The notes under the pieces: model-generated
Database searches by the model: none
Told to the model about the DNA's origin: nothing
Seen by the model: only the letters and a program-made list of their open reading frames with translations
Position numbers and translations under genes: made by a program
In this document: piece after piece, positions 18,434 to 26,961 of the stretch
How positions within the stretch are numbered: the stretch's first letter is position 1
Layout of the letters: each line of letters starts with the position of its first letter
Source of the DNA: Verrucomicrobiia bacterium
GTDB taxonomy: Bacteria; Verrucomicrobiota; Verrucomicrobiia; Limisphaerales; JADLHS01
Reading direction: 5' to 3'
Assembly (NCBI GenBank): GCA_036274115.1
Contig: DASUGI010000208.1
Span: 3,468 to 67,467, forward strand
Length of the DNA stretch: 64,000 bases

Positions 18434-18620
18434 GCGTCGTTAGCTTCGCGAACTGGCTCGTCAGTAGCCTCGCCCCACCGGGTGTTGCGCTCCGCGGGGT
18501 TTCTGCTACAACCGTGCTTGGCCCTCTGAACTTGGGCGATCTGCCGCTCTGGTGATCGCGATCTGAATTTGAGCACCGGCCGCTTAAACGCGGTCAGACA
18601 ACCACCAACAGGATGATCCT

Positions 18621-21600
18621 ATGAAGAACAAATCATGTTTCCATTTCTCCGTCGCCTGGCAGCGGGTGGCCGTTTGCCTGAGCGTCGGGCTCGCGGTGTT
18701 GGCGACGAATTGCGGCGCGGCCGATGCCGGCAAGTTCGACGGCGCGCGCTGGTCGCTGCTGGACGCCGACAAGGTGATCGCCGCGGCGAAGGAAATTACC
18801 ACGGCCAAATATCCGGACTCTGACCAGGCGACCGTGGACAAGAAGATGGTTCGCGTCTATCGCCCGGACGGCTCGGGTGAGTCGCAGGATGAGACGTTCA
18901 CCAAAGTGCTGACGGAAAAAGGCAAGCGCGCCAATCGCGATATGACGCTGTTCTTCATGCTGCCGTATTTCACGGTCGAAGTCCCGAAGCTGGAGATCAT
19001 CAAGCCCGGCGGCGAACGCGTGGCGGTGGACGTGGCGGCGAATTCCAAGGAGATGATTGATGACAGCCAGATGGGCATGAACATCTACGATCCGAACATG
19101 AAGTTGCTCAAGGTGAACATTCCGCAATTGGAGGTGGGCGACGTCGTCCATTCGCTGGTGCGCACGGTCATTCACCGCGCCATCATCGAGGGGCAATTCT
19201 CCGACTCGAACCTCTTCGAGGATTCGGGCGTCATCCGGCATATGACTTATGAGGTTTACGAGCCGGGCGAAAAACCGCTCAAGAATATCGTCCTGCGGGA
19301 TGAAGTGCCGGGCACGGTGAAACGTTCCAGCGAAAAACTGGCGGGCAACGTGACGCTGCATCGTTGGGAAGTGACGGACGTGCCGCGCATGTTTGAAGAA
19401 GCGTCCATGCCGCCCGGGATGGAAGTGTTGCAACGTCTGCTGGTCAGCACGTCGCCGGATTGGGAATATGTTTCGAAGTGGTATTACAACATCTGCCGCC
19501 CGCATCTCGACGCCACCACGCCCGAGATGAAAGCCACGGTGGCGGAGTTGACCAAGGACGCCAAGACGGATCTGGATCGCGTGAAAGCGGTGTTTTACCA
19601 CGTCGCGCAGAAGATCCGTTACATGGGCATCACGCCGGAAAAGGATCGGCCCGGGTTCGAGCCGCACGACGTGAACTTGACGTTCGACAACAAATACGGC
19701 GTCTGCCGCGACAAAGCCGCGCTGCTGGTTTCGCTGCTCGAAGCGGCCGGGTTCAAGACTTATCCGGTGTTGATCAACGTGGGCACGAAGCTCGACATGG
19801 ACGTGCCCTCACCTGATTTCAATCACGCCATCGTTGCCGTGGAACTCAAGCCGCGCGAATACACGTTGATGGATCCCACGGACGAAAACACCAAAGAGTT
19901 GCTCCCCTCTTCCGAGTGCGATCAGACTTATCTGGTTTGCCGGCCGGATGGCGAGACGTTGAAACTCAGCCCGATCATTTCGGCGGACGAAAACATGTTG
20001 CGCGTGAAAACCGTCGCGACGCTGAACGCCGCGGGCACGCTGGAGGCCAAATCGGAAATCTCCTTTGACGGCATCAATGACAACGCTTACCGCACCGCGT
20101 TTGCGCGGATGAAGCCCGACGACAAACGCCGCTTCTTCGAGCGCGCGTGCAAGCGCACCATGCCCGGGGCGCGGATCGAGTCGGTGAAAATCACACCGGA
20201 GGACGCGATGGATGTCTCGCAGCCGTTGCGCGTGAGCCTCGAGTTGTCGGCGCCGGGGATGACCGCCGCGGGCAACGGCAAAGCCGTCGTGCGGTTGCCG
20301 TGGATTGGCAAAGGCATGGGCATCGTGAATTACGTTTTGCAGGGCACGGGCCTGGAGAAGCGCAAATATCCGCTGCGCACCAGCCTCGCTTGCGGCGTGC
20401 GCGAAGACGTTTCCATCCAACTTGGCGCGGGTTACACCGGCCAGATTTCGATGCCGAATTACGCGCCGATTCAGGACCAGTCGCTCAAGTACGAGCGTCG
20501 CGTCGCGCTGGCGGGCAACAAGCTCGAATGTTCCAGCGAATTCAAATTGCAGACCGTCCAGTTCAGCCCGAGCCAGTACGCCGAATTGAAACGCACGCTC
20601 AAAGTGCTCGATGAAGATGAGCGCAAGGAGCCGGTGCTCGCGCTCGCGAGTGATGCCGTGACGAAAGCGGACGAGACGCCCGCCCCGGCGACGAAGACCA
20701 CTGTGGAATCCAATTCGCGCATCGTCGCCAGCGAGAAGAAGCTCACGATTCAGGACACGCGTCACGCCGTGTTGCGCGGCAAATACGTCAAGGAAGTGCT
20801 CACTTACGCCGGCAAGAAGAACGAGGGCGAATTCAAGCTGGGCTACAACCCCGCCGTCGAAGACGTCAAGCTGGTGAAGGCCGTGGTTACGTCCAAGACC
20901 GGCACGCGGCAGGAAATTACCGAGAAGGAAATCAACGTGATGGACGCCGGTTGGAACGCCAGCGCCAAGCGTTACACCGGCGGCAAGGTTCTGGTCGCGA
21001 GCCTGCCCGGCGTGGACGTCGGCTCGACCATCGAGGTGGAATACGAGATCACGACGAAGAACAAACCGTATATCGCCGGATTCGAGGCGTTCCAGCTTTT
21101 CGATGACTTGGAGAAAAAGGAATTTCAACTCACTGCACCGGCGAACGTGAAAGTGCAGACGGTCAATACCGGTCCCAACGGCATTGTCACCAGTTCGACC
21201 CGGGACGTGAGCGGGAGTCACGTCTATCAATGGCAGTCGCAAAAAGTCCCCGCGTTGCCCGCCGAAGGTCAGTTGCCGCCCGAGTGGACTTATCTCGCGG
21301 GCGTGGATTATTTCGCCGGTGATATGAAGGCTTATCTCACGGAGTTGAACACCACTCTCATGGATCGCGCGAAGCAGAGCGCCAAAGCCGGTGAAACGGC
21401 GAAGAAGCTGGTCGCCGAGGCCAAAGGCAAAAAGGCGGGCGTGAAAGCCATCCGCGATTTCGTGGCCAAAAACATCCGGCACGGCGGACCGAGCTTCACC
21501 GAATTGCCGCTCAGTGAATTGTCGGCGGCCGACACCACACTCAAGGACGGCTACGGTCATACCGCGGATCGCGCCATTCTTCTGCACGCGATGTTAACCG

Positions 21601-22502
21601 CCGCGGGTTATGCTCCGGAATTCGTGCTCGCGTCGGGTCTTCCGCCCGTGGCCGGGATCACGAACGTCGCGCTTGCGTTTCCGTTGCCACAAAGCTTTTC
21701 CCTGCCGCTCGTGCGCGTCAACGTGGAGGGTGTGATGTGTTACCTCAACGACACCGATCAATACGCCGAGTTGGGTACGACGGCCAGCGACGGGCGCATG
21801 GCCATCGCGCTCGCCAACCAGAGCTTTGACGTGGTGCGCGCCGCACCGGAGTTTCGCGATAAAACGGAGACGGATTACAGCCTGTCGATTTCGGACACGG
21901 GCAAGACGCGCGTAAGCATTACGCGCCGCTACTTCGGCAATGCATTCAACGGCAAGAATCGTTACTTCGCCGAACTGCCGCCGGAGGAACGCCGCCGTTA
22001 TTTCCAGGAGTTGGTTTCGAACGTGTCGCAAGGCGCGCAACCCATTGGCGACCTGACCACAAAGTTTGATAGTTATCCCGGCGAGGAAAAGTTCACTGTG
22101 GATGTGGATCGCTACGCGGTGGTGGATGGCCGTTACGCTTATTTGGACCTGCCTTACACGCCGTCGTTGTTCCCGCTCGGCGCGGACAGCCGCACGCTGC
22201 CGCTCTACGTTGCGAACAGCTACCGGCAAACCGTGACGACGCGCCTTGACTTGCCGAAAGGCTTTCAGCGAGTGGCCATCGCGCCGGACAGCGAGAGCTT
22301 CAACGCGCCCGACGGCGCGGGCAAAGTGCGCATCACCTCCACCGAACAGGACGGCCAGCGCCTGATCGTGCATGAAGTGGAAACCGCGCCTGCCATCATC
22401 CCGGTGGCGAATTATCCGGAACTGCTCAAACTCGAATCCACGCTCGGTCGCAAAGGCGCGAAGACGGTGCTGTTGGAATCCAGCAGTCCGGTGTTGCCGT
22501 AA
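18621..22502 (+). CDS. secreted DUF3857 / transglutaminase-like / DUF3858 protein, internally duplicated
   Basis: Signal peptide ...LAVLATNCGAADA. First module has the transglutaminase core YGVCRDKAALLVSLLEAAGF. The second module has the aligned YGHTADRAILLHAMLTAAGY, so the Cys is replaced by Thr. Confidence 0.8.
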   Translation: MKNKSCFHFSVAWQRVAVCLSVGLAVLATNCGAADAGKFDGARWSLLDADKVIAAAKEITTAKYPDSDQATVDKKMVRVYRPDGSGESQDETFTKVLTEKGKRANRDMTLFFMLPYFTVEVPKLEIIKPGGERVAVDVAANSKEMIDDSQMGMNIYDPNMKLLKVNIPQLEVGDVVHSLVRTVIHRAIIEGQFSDSNLFEDSGVIRHMTYEVYEPGEKPLKNIVLRDEVPGTVKRSSEKLAGNVTLHRWEVTDVPRMFEEASMPPGMEVLQRLLVSTSPDWEYVSKWYYNICRPHLDATTPEMKATVAELTKDAKTDLDRVKAVFYHVAQKIRYMGITPEKDRPGFEPHDVNLTFDNKYGVCRDKAALLVSLLEAAGFKTYPVLINVGTKLDMDVPSPDFNHAIVAVELKPREYTLMDPTDENTKELLPSSECDQTYLVCRPDGETLKLSPIISADENMLRVKTVATLNAAGTLEAKSEISFDGINDNAYRTAFARMKPDDKRRFFERACKRTMPGARIESVKITPEDAMDVSQPLRVSLELSAPGMTAAGNGKAVVRLPWIGKGMGIVNYVLQGTGLEKRKYPLRTSLACGVREDVSIQLGAGYTGQISMPNYAPIQDQSLKYERRVALAGNKLECSSEFKLQTVQFSPSQYAELKRTLKVLDEDERKEPVLALASDAVTKADETPAPATKTTVESNSRIVASEKKLTIQDTRHAVLRGKYVKEVLTYAGKKNEGEFKLGYNPAVEDVKLVKAVVTSKTGTRQEITEKEINVMDAGWNASAKRYTGGKVLVASLPGVDVGSTIEVEYEITTKNKPYIAGFEAFQLFDDLEKKEFQLTAPANVKVQTVNTGPNGIVTSSTRDVSGSHVYQWQSQKVPALPAEGQLPPEWTYLAGVDYFAGDMKAYLTELNTTLMDRAKQSAKAGETAKKLVAEAKGKKAGVKAIRDFVAKNIRHGGPSFTELPLSELSAADTTLKDGYGHTADRAILLHAMLTAAGYAPEFVLASGLPPVAGITNVALAFPLPQSFSLPLVRVNVEGVMCYLNDTDQYAELGTTASDGRMAIALANQSFDVVRAAPEFRDKTETDYSLSISDTGKTRVSITRRYFGNAFNGKNRYFAELPPEERRRYFQELVSNVSQGAQPIGDLTTKFDSYPGEEKFTVDVDRYAVVDGRYAYLDLPYTPSLFPLGADSRTLPLYVANSYRQTVTTRLDLPKGFQRVAIAPDSESFNAPDGAGKVRITSTEQDGQRLIVHEVETAPAIIPVANYPELLKLESTLGRKGAKTVLLESSSPVLP

Positions 22503-22508
22503 GGCATG

Positions 22509-22599
22509 GTAGGGACATCGCGCTGCGATGTCCCCGCCCGTAACCGGGCGGAATTGCGCTGGCTCCACCAGTGCGGACGGCGCAGCGCGCCCGTCCTAC
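22509..22599. repeat. two REP-like elements (GTAG head plus palindrome) in inverted orientation
   Basis: GTAG-GGACATCGC-gct-GCGATGTCC(C) at 22509-22534, starting 7 nt after the stop codon. ggacgg-N10-ccgtcc-TAC at 22575-22599, which on the reverse strand reads GTAGGACGG...CCGTCC. An extra hairpin ccgcccg-taac-cgggcgg lies between them. Confidence 0.7.
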
Positions 22600-22617
22600 T
22601 TGAACGCGGCGTCTGGC

Positions 22618-22840
22618 GTGAACCTCAACGAGGTTCAAATCATTCAGCCCAGGGTTGGCGCGCAGCGACTACCCTGGGTTTGCGTCCCAATGATGACCAA
22701 CCCTGAAAGGGTTGAATCCTCGTTCACGCCGTGGATGCAACCCTTCAGGGTTGATGTCATTTCGTTTCATTACCCAGCGTAGCCCTCCGTTGTCGAGCAA
22801 CGCTGGGCTGAATGATACAACCGCGTTGCGGTTGGAGGGC
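22618..22840. repeat. tandem structured units (multi-hairpin element); could be ncRNA or a DNA repeat family
   Basis: Unit A: catt-cag-CCCAGGGT..ACCCTGGG..aatgatga-CAACCCT-gaa-AGGGTTG. Unit B: catt-a-CCCAGCGT..ACGCTGGG..aatgata-CAACCGC-gt-GCGGTTG. A third hairpin CAACCCT-tc-AGGGTTG sits between them. There is 11-bp long-range complementarity between cattcagccca (22641) and tgggctgaatg (22804). Confidence 0.6.
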
Positions 22841-22872
22841 GGTTCATTGTTACTGGATTCACGCGCGCCCAG

Positions 22873-22975
22873 GTAGCGCGGCCGTCCCGGCTGCGAGTTC
22901 GGGCGGCGTCCCGCCGCTCGAAGGAACACGAGGCGAGACGCCTCGTTAACTCGCAGGCGAGGACGCCGGCGTTAC
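22873..22975. repeat. REP-like hairpin cluster
   Basis: GTAG-cgcggccg-tcc-cggctgcg (one G-T pair), ggcgg-cgtc-ccgcc, acgaggcg-aga-cgcctcgt, and cgcaggcg-agga-cgccggcg-TTAC (reverse orientation, GTAA head). Confidence 0.6.
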
Positions 22976-23042
22976 ATCACGCCCGTGCAGCGTCACCATT
23001 TTCTTCTCGAACTCCGCTCGGGCTCAGGCGTTAATACTCGAC

Positions 23043-24422
23043 ATGAAATCCCGCGCTTCGAAGTCACGGTTCACCCGTCGTCAGTTTCTGCAAACGACGG
23101 CGCTGGCCAGCGTGGCGGCGCCGCTCGTGTTGCCGTCCGGTCTGCGCGGTGCGTCGGCCAATGGCAAACTCAATCATGCCTGCATCGGCGTGGGCGGGAT
23201 GGGGTGGAATGACCTGAACACTTTGCTGCAGCATCCGCGATTGCAGGTCGTCGCGCTGTGCGATGTGGACGCCAATCATCTCGCGAAGGCGCAGCAGGCC
23301 GTGCCCGGCGCGCGGTGTTACGCGGATTGGCGCGAGTTGCTGACTCAAGAGGGAGACAAGATTGATTCGGTGAATGTCGCCGTGCCGGATCACATGCATT
23401 TTGCCATCGCCTACACCGCGATTCAGAAGGGCAAACACGTTTATTGTCAGAAACCGCTGTGTCATGACGTCGCGGAAGTCCGCGCGCTGACCGAGGCTTC
23501 AATCAAGAAGGGCGTAGTCACCCAACTCGGAACGCAGATGGCCGCCGGCATTGGCGACCGTACCACGGTGCACCTGCTTCGCACCGGCGCCATCGGCAAG
23601 ATCAAGCATGCGTATCTTTGTTCGAATCGGCCCGGCGCGGTGGAGGCTTATCGATTGCCGGGGCCGCGTCCGGCCACCGGACAGGAGCCGCCCGCCAGTC
23701 TCAGTTGGGATTTGTGGACCGGCACGGCGCCGGCGCGTCCGTTTGCGCCGGACATTTATCACCCGACCAAATGGCGCGCCTGGCAGGACTTTGGCACAGG
23801 TTGGTCCGGCGATATCGGCTGTCACATTTTCGATGCGACCTGGAAAGGGCTGGGATTGAAACCCGCGCTCACCGTGCAGGCGGAAGTGCAGTCGTCCTGG
23901 GAAAAATCACCCGCGCGACGCGGCGATACCTGGCCGCAGGGCGATCACATCACGTGGACCTTCCCGGGCAACGAATTGATCGAAGGCAAGGAGCTGACGC
24001 TCGAATGGTTCGACGGCGAGTTTTATCCGCCGAAGGACATTCGCGCGTTGTATTCACTGGAGGATTATCCGGCGGAGTCGGCGATGCTCATCGGCACGGA
24101 GGGCGCGTTGTTGTATCATCTCGGTCGCAGTCCCACGCTGTTGCCGGAGAAGAAATTTGAGAAGCTGGAGCGCCCGAAGTTCGAGCCGCGCGATCATTAC
24201 CATCATTTTGTGGATGCGTGTCTCGGTGTGACGAAGACCGAATCGTTCTTCGCGCAAACCGGTCCGATGACGGAGGCGATTCTGCTCGGCACGGTGGCGA
24301 TCCGGTTATCGGGCCAGAAGCTGGAATGGAATCACGAGCAGATGAAGGTGACCAACCTTGCGGACGCCAACCAATTCCTCCAGCGCAAGTATCGCAAGGG
24401 CTGGAGCACGGGAGGATTTTGA
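23043..24422 (+). CDS. Gfo/Idh/MocA family oxidoreductase with twin-arginine signal
   Basis: SRFTRRQFLQTTALASVAAP (TAT motif). Rossmann N-domain ACIGVGGMGWND. LCDVD...VAVPDHMH pattern. Confidence 0.85.
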   Translation: MKSRASKSRFTRRQFLQTTALASVAAPLVLPSGLRGASANGKLNHACIGVGGMGWNDLNTLLQHPRLQVVALCDVDANHLAKAQQAVPGARCYADWRELLTQEGDKIDSVNVAVPDHMHFAIAYTAIQKGKHVYCQKPLCHDVAEVRALTEASIKKGVVTQLGTQMAAGIGDRTTVHLLRTGAIGKIKHAYLCSNRPGAVEAYRLPGPRPATGQEPPASLSWDLWTGTAPARPFAPDIYHPTKWRAWQDFGTGWSGDIGCHIFDATWKGLGLKPALTVQAEVQSSWEKSPARRGDTWPQGDHITWTFPGNELIEGKELTLEWFDGEFYPPKDIRALYSLEDYPAESAMLIGTEGALLYHLGRSPTLLPEKKFEKLERPKFEPRDHYHHFVDACLGVTKTESFFAQTGPMTEAILLGTVAIRLSGQKLEWNHEQMKVTNLADANQFLQRKYRKGWSTGGF

Positions 24423-24436
24423 GGCGGGTGTTTGAG

Positions 24437-25024
24437 CTACGTGCGTCCTTTTGCCTTTCCTTGGCTTTTCCACGCTTCATATCGAGCATCGATTTGAGGA
24501 GCGAGAATGTCGTAGTTGGCCCAAGTATCCTGCACGTGGTACCACGAAGGGAGTCGTTTCACCAATAGCTTCCGGTAGTCCTTCCAGAACCCGTCGCCGT
24601 CGTAGTATTCCTGCGCGAACTGGTTTGCTTCCGGAGTTAACATTTCGTCGTGAAGACAACCACCCCACATCTTGTAAACCTGAGGGCCGGTAAGCTTTCT
24701 TTGTTTGAACTGCTTGGTGAAGACCGGGAATTCTCGGCTGAACTGCCGGGTGAATCGCCGGTCAATCATGTTGCGCTCAATCAACCAGCCGGTGAAAAGC
24801 CCCGTATGCACGAAGGCCTGTGCTTTCGGCAAGCCTTTGGGGTAATCGCCCTCGTAGTGCCACTTGGCTTTGTCGTAAGTGCGGGGGCCGCTTTCTATCC
24901 AGTCTCTCTCGTCTTCCTCGGTCCAACCGGCAGGCCGCTCGCTCTTCTTGAAAGTAAAAGACTTCTTCGTCGGCGACTGGGCTGATATCCGAGGACCTCG
25001 CGTTCGCTTGGCTCGATTGGGCAT
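24437..25024 (-). CDS. conserved hypothetical protein
   Basis: The ATG at 25024 gives a 195 aa protein. The YDKAKWHYEGDYPKGLPKAQAFVHTGLFTGWLIE block looks like a conserved domain that I cannot name. The track start at 25243 is over-extended and Arg-rich. Confidence 0.6.
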   Translation of the reverse strand: MPNRAKRTRGPRISAQSPTKKSFTFKKSERPAGWTEEDERDWIESGPRTYDKAKWHYEGDYPKGLPKAQAFVHTGLFTGWLIERNMIDRRFTRQFSREFPVFTKQFKQRKLTGPQVYKMWGGCLHDEMLTPEANQFAQEYYDGDGFWKDYRKLLVKRLPSWYHVQDTWANYDILAPQIDARYEAWKSQGKAKGRT

Positions 25025-25038
25025 CAGAGAATGTTGGT

Positions 25039-25320
25039 CTAATAGTCCAACGACTTGCCGTGTTCCCACTTGCCGGCGAGGCCTGGCGTGGCGGGGTGGA
25101 ATCTGAAGTCCGCGCGCCTGAGGGACATCAAACCTAACGTGGCCGCAATGCCGAGAACCGCAGCCACGACACACCACACCTTTCGGGCGCGTCGCAGCAT
25201 GCGCTCGATCTCGGTCGGGGCCACGAGAACGCCCAATCCCCACGTCTCACCAGTCTGCCACGTTCTCACGTGCCGACGCTTATGGCGGTAACGGCGTCTG
25301 GCGGGTTCGATTATTTTCAC
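25039..25320 (-). CDS. small hypothetical membrane protein
   Basis: GTG start overlaps the upstream stop as GTGA. One TM helix VWCVVAAVLGIAATLGLMSL. Ends 15 nt before the next start. Confidence 0.3.
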   Translation of the reverse strand: MKIIEPARRRYRHKRRHVRTWQTGETWGLGVLVAPTEIERMLRRARKVWCVVAAVLGIAATLGLMSLRRADFRFHPATPGLAGKWEHGKSLDY

Positions 25321-25466
25321 GGAGTCACCTCCAGATCATAACGAATCAGGGACCTCGTGAACGTGAGAACCAGCGACCTGTGAACACGACAGCAAGGACA
25401 CGAGGGGAGTTCGAACCAAACGTCATGTTCGATCCCGCGCTTTTTGGTTTCCCGGCGCGTGGACAT
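25317..25466 (-). CDS. small hypothetical Cys-containing protein (49 aa)
   Basis: The ATG at 25466 gives MSTRRETKKRGIEHDVWFELPSCPCCRVHRS... Its stop overlaps the next start (GTGA), which suggests translational coupling. Confidence 0.25.
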   Translation of the reverse strand: MSTRRETKKRGIEHDVWFELPSCPCCRVHRSLVLTFTRSLIRYDLEVTP

Positions 25467-25520
25467 AACCTGCAGTTTTCGTGGGTGTCCGAAACCCAAC
25501 AAGGCGACTATCTCAGGGCA

Positions 25521-25564
25521 AAGGCAAACTGGCAAGCCTTCTGAAAGGCAAAGTGGCAAGCCTT
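25521..25564. repeat. 20-bp direct repeat x2 (aaggcaaaStggcaagcctt), period 24
   Basis: Copies at 25521-25540 and 25545-25564 differ at one base. They lie in the divergent intergenic region between 25466(-) and 25676(+). Confidence 0.7.
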
Positions 25565-25675
25565 TTTGTCGCGTCCCGCTTCGCTCGAAGTCTTCCTTCA
25601 GGCGGTCCGAAGCCGCGCAAACGCGGAACTCGAAACTTCAAATCATGGCTTCCCGTGTTCATGCTATCGTGCAGC

Positions 25676-26608
25676 ATGGCATCGGACCTTCGCATCGGCA
25701 CCGCAAGCTGGACGGATCCCGGTTTTGTGGCGGATTGGTATCCGCCCAGGCTTCCGGCCAACGCGCGATTGCGCTGGTATGCCGGGCATTTCAATTACGT
25801 CGAGATCAACGCCACCTTCTACGCGCTGCCCGCTGCCCGAACGGTGGAGCGCTGGTGCACCGAGACGCCGGAGGATTTCCGGTTCGATGTCAAATTGCCG
25901 AGGCTGCTTTCACGTCACCGCATGGAGGCGAAATTTCTGCCGCCGGATTTGCGTTCGCGGCTCCCGGTCCACAACGGCGTGGTGCAGTTGACGCCTGCCA
26001 GCGAGAAGATGGTGGTCACGCGATTGTTGCGCGAGTTGGAGCCGATGCTCGAGGCGGGCAAGTTCGGTGCGTTTCTTCTGCAGCTTTCTCCGTCGTTCGG
26101 GCCCAAGTCGCACCAACTCGCGGACTTGGATTCCTTGCGCGAGTTGCTGGCGCCATATCAAATCGCGGTGGAATTGCGCAATCGCGACTGGGTCACCGGC
26201 GAGCAAACGGAACAGACCATGCAGTTTCTCCGCGAGCGCAAGCTGACGCTGGTGCTGGTGGACGCGCCGCAAAGCGAGCATTTCACGATCATGCCCGGAT
26301 TGGATTGCGTGACGAATCCGGCGCTGGGTTATTTCCGTTTTCATGGCCGCAACGCTGAAGGCTACATCAAGGGCCGCTCGGTGGCGGAACGATTTGATTA
26401 CGATTACTCGGATCTGGAGGCGAAAGAACTGGCGGAGCGCATCCGTAAGGTCGCCGAGCAAGTGGAGGAGCTTCGGGTGGTGGCCAACAACAATCGGTCC
26501 AACTTCGCGCCCAAGCTGGCGCGGAAGCTTCAGGAGTTGCTGCACACGCAACAGTCGATGCAACGCGCGTTGAAAGAAAAAACACCACGACAGGCCGAGC
26601 TGCTCTAG
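25676..26608 (+). CDS. DUF72 domain-containing protein
   Basis: IGTASWTDPGFVADWYPP ... YAGHFNYVEINATFYALP ... FRFDVKLPRLLSRH. ATG at 25676 (or 25661). Confidence 0.85.
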   Translation: MASDLRIGTASWTDPGFVADWYPPRLPANARLRWYAGHFNYVEINATFYALPAARTVERWCTETPEDFRFDVKLPRLLSRHRMEAKFLPPDLRSRLPVHNGVVQLTPASEKMVVTRLLRELEPMLEAGKFGAFLLQLSPSFGPKSHQLADLDSLRELLAPYQIAVELRNRDWVTGEQTEQTMQFLRERKLTLVLVDAPQSEHFTIMPGLDCVTNPALGYFRFHGRNAEGYIKGRSVAERFDYDYSDLEAKELAERIRKVAEQVEELRVVANNNRSNFAPKLARKLQELLHTQQSMQRALKEKTPRQAELL

Positions 26609-26746
26609 ACTATTGCGCTTCCGCATCCAATCTGTCGAGTGCGGGATGCACGCAATTGAATTCCGGCATCGCGAGTGTGGCAAGACGCGAATTCCTGCGA
26701 TTCCAAGTTGCGTGCGCCGCCGTGCGTTTTGTGCTAGCCGTACTGC

Positions 26747-26956
26747 ATGAAAAGGTTCTTCAGCCCAAACATTGACTCGCGGGGACGGCTCATCCGCGGC
26801 GTTTTAGGCGGCTTGCTGGTCACAGGCGGCATAGTGGCGTGGGATTACAATCTCTGGCTTGGGATTGTCCTGATTGTTGCGGGTGGATTCTGCCTGTTCG
26901 AAGCCGTTCGCGGCTGGTGCGTCATGCGGGCTTGCGGGATCAGGACGCGTTTGTAG
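26747..26956 (+). CDS. DUF2892-like small membrane protein (YgaP C-terminal type)
   Basis: 69 aa with two hydrophobic helices. The R..RGVLGG...G...AGGFCLFEAVRGWC pattern is typical of the family. Confidence 0.6.
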   Translation: MKRFFSPNIDSRGRLIRGVLGGLLVTGGIVAWDYNLWLGIVLIVAGGFCLFEAVRGWCVMRACGIRTRL

Positions 26957-26961
26957 TACGT

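Noticed and set aside
14312-18442. CGTTAGC 7-mer at both ends of the AT-rich segment (14312-14318 and 18436-18442) as possible att-like direct repeats
   Set aside because: A 7-bp match within about 100-bp search windows is expected by chance fairly often. There is no integrase or tRNA to give it meaning.
18554-18563. GATCGCGATC perfect palindrome just upstream of the DUF3857 gene, considered as an R-M target or operator
   Set aside because: It is a single 10-bp palindrome with nothing linking it to the adjacent R-M pair. It is not interpretable without methylome data.
18633-22568. Very long antisense ORFs (18633-19667, 19809-21587, 21594-22568) opposite the DUF3857 gene. Similar shadow ORFs are 8048-9565, 6844-7581, 49581-50549, 51600-52604 and 53021-53905
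   Set aside because: They are Arg/His/Gly-rich and low in complexity. They have no motifs and always mirror a strongly supported gene with clear family signatures. These are typical shadow ORFs of GC-rich DNA.
25381-25440. tRNA-like T-loop strings (gagTTCGAACC and tgTTCGATCCcgcgc) in a non-coding stretch
   Set aside because: The 5-nt segments flanking each TTCGA(A/T)C loop are not complementary. No acceptor stem or anticodon arm can be drawn on either strand. I do not call a tRNA or a tRNA remnant.
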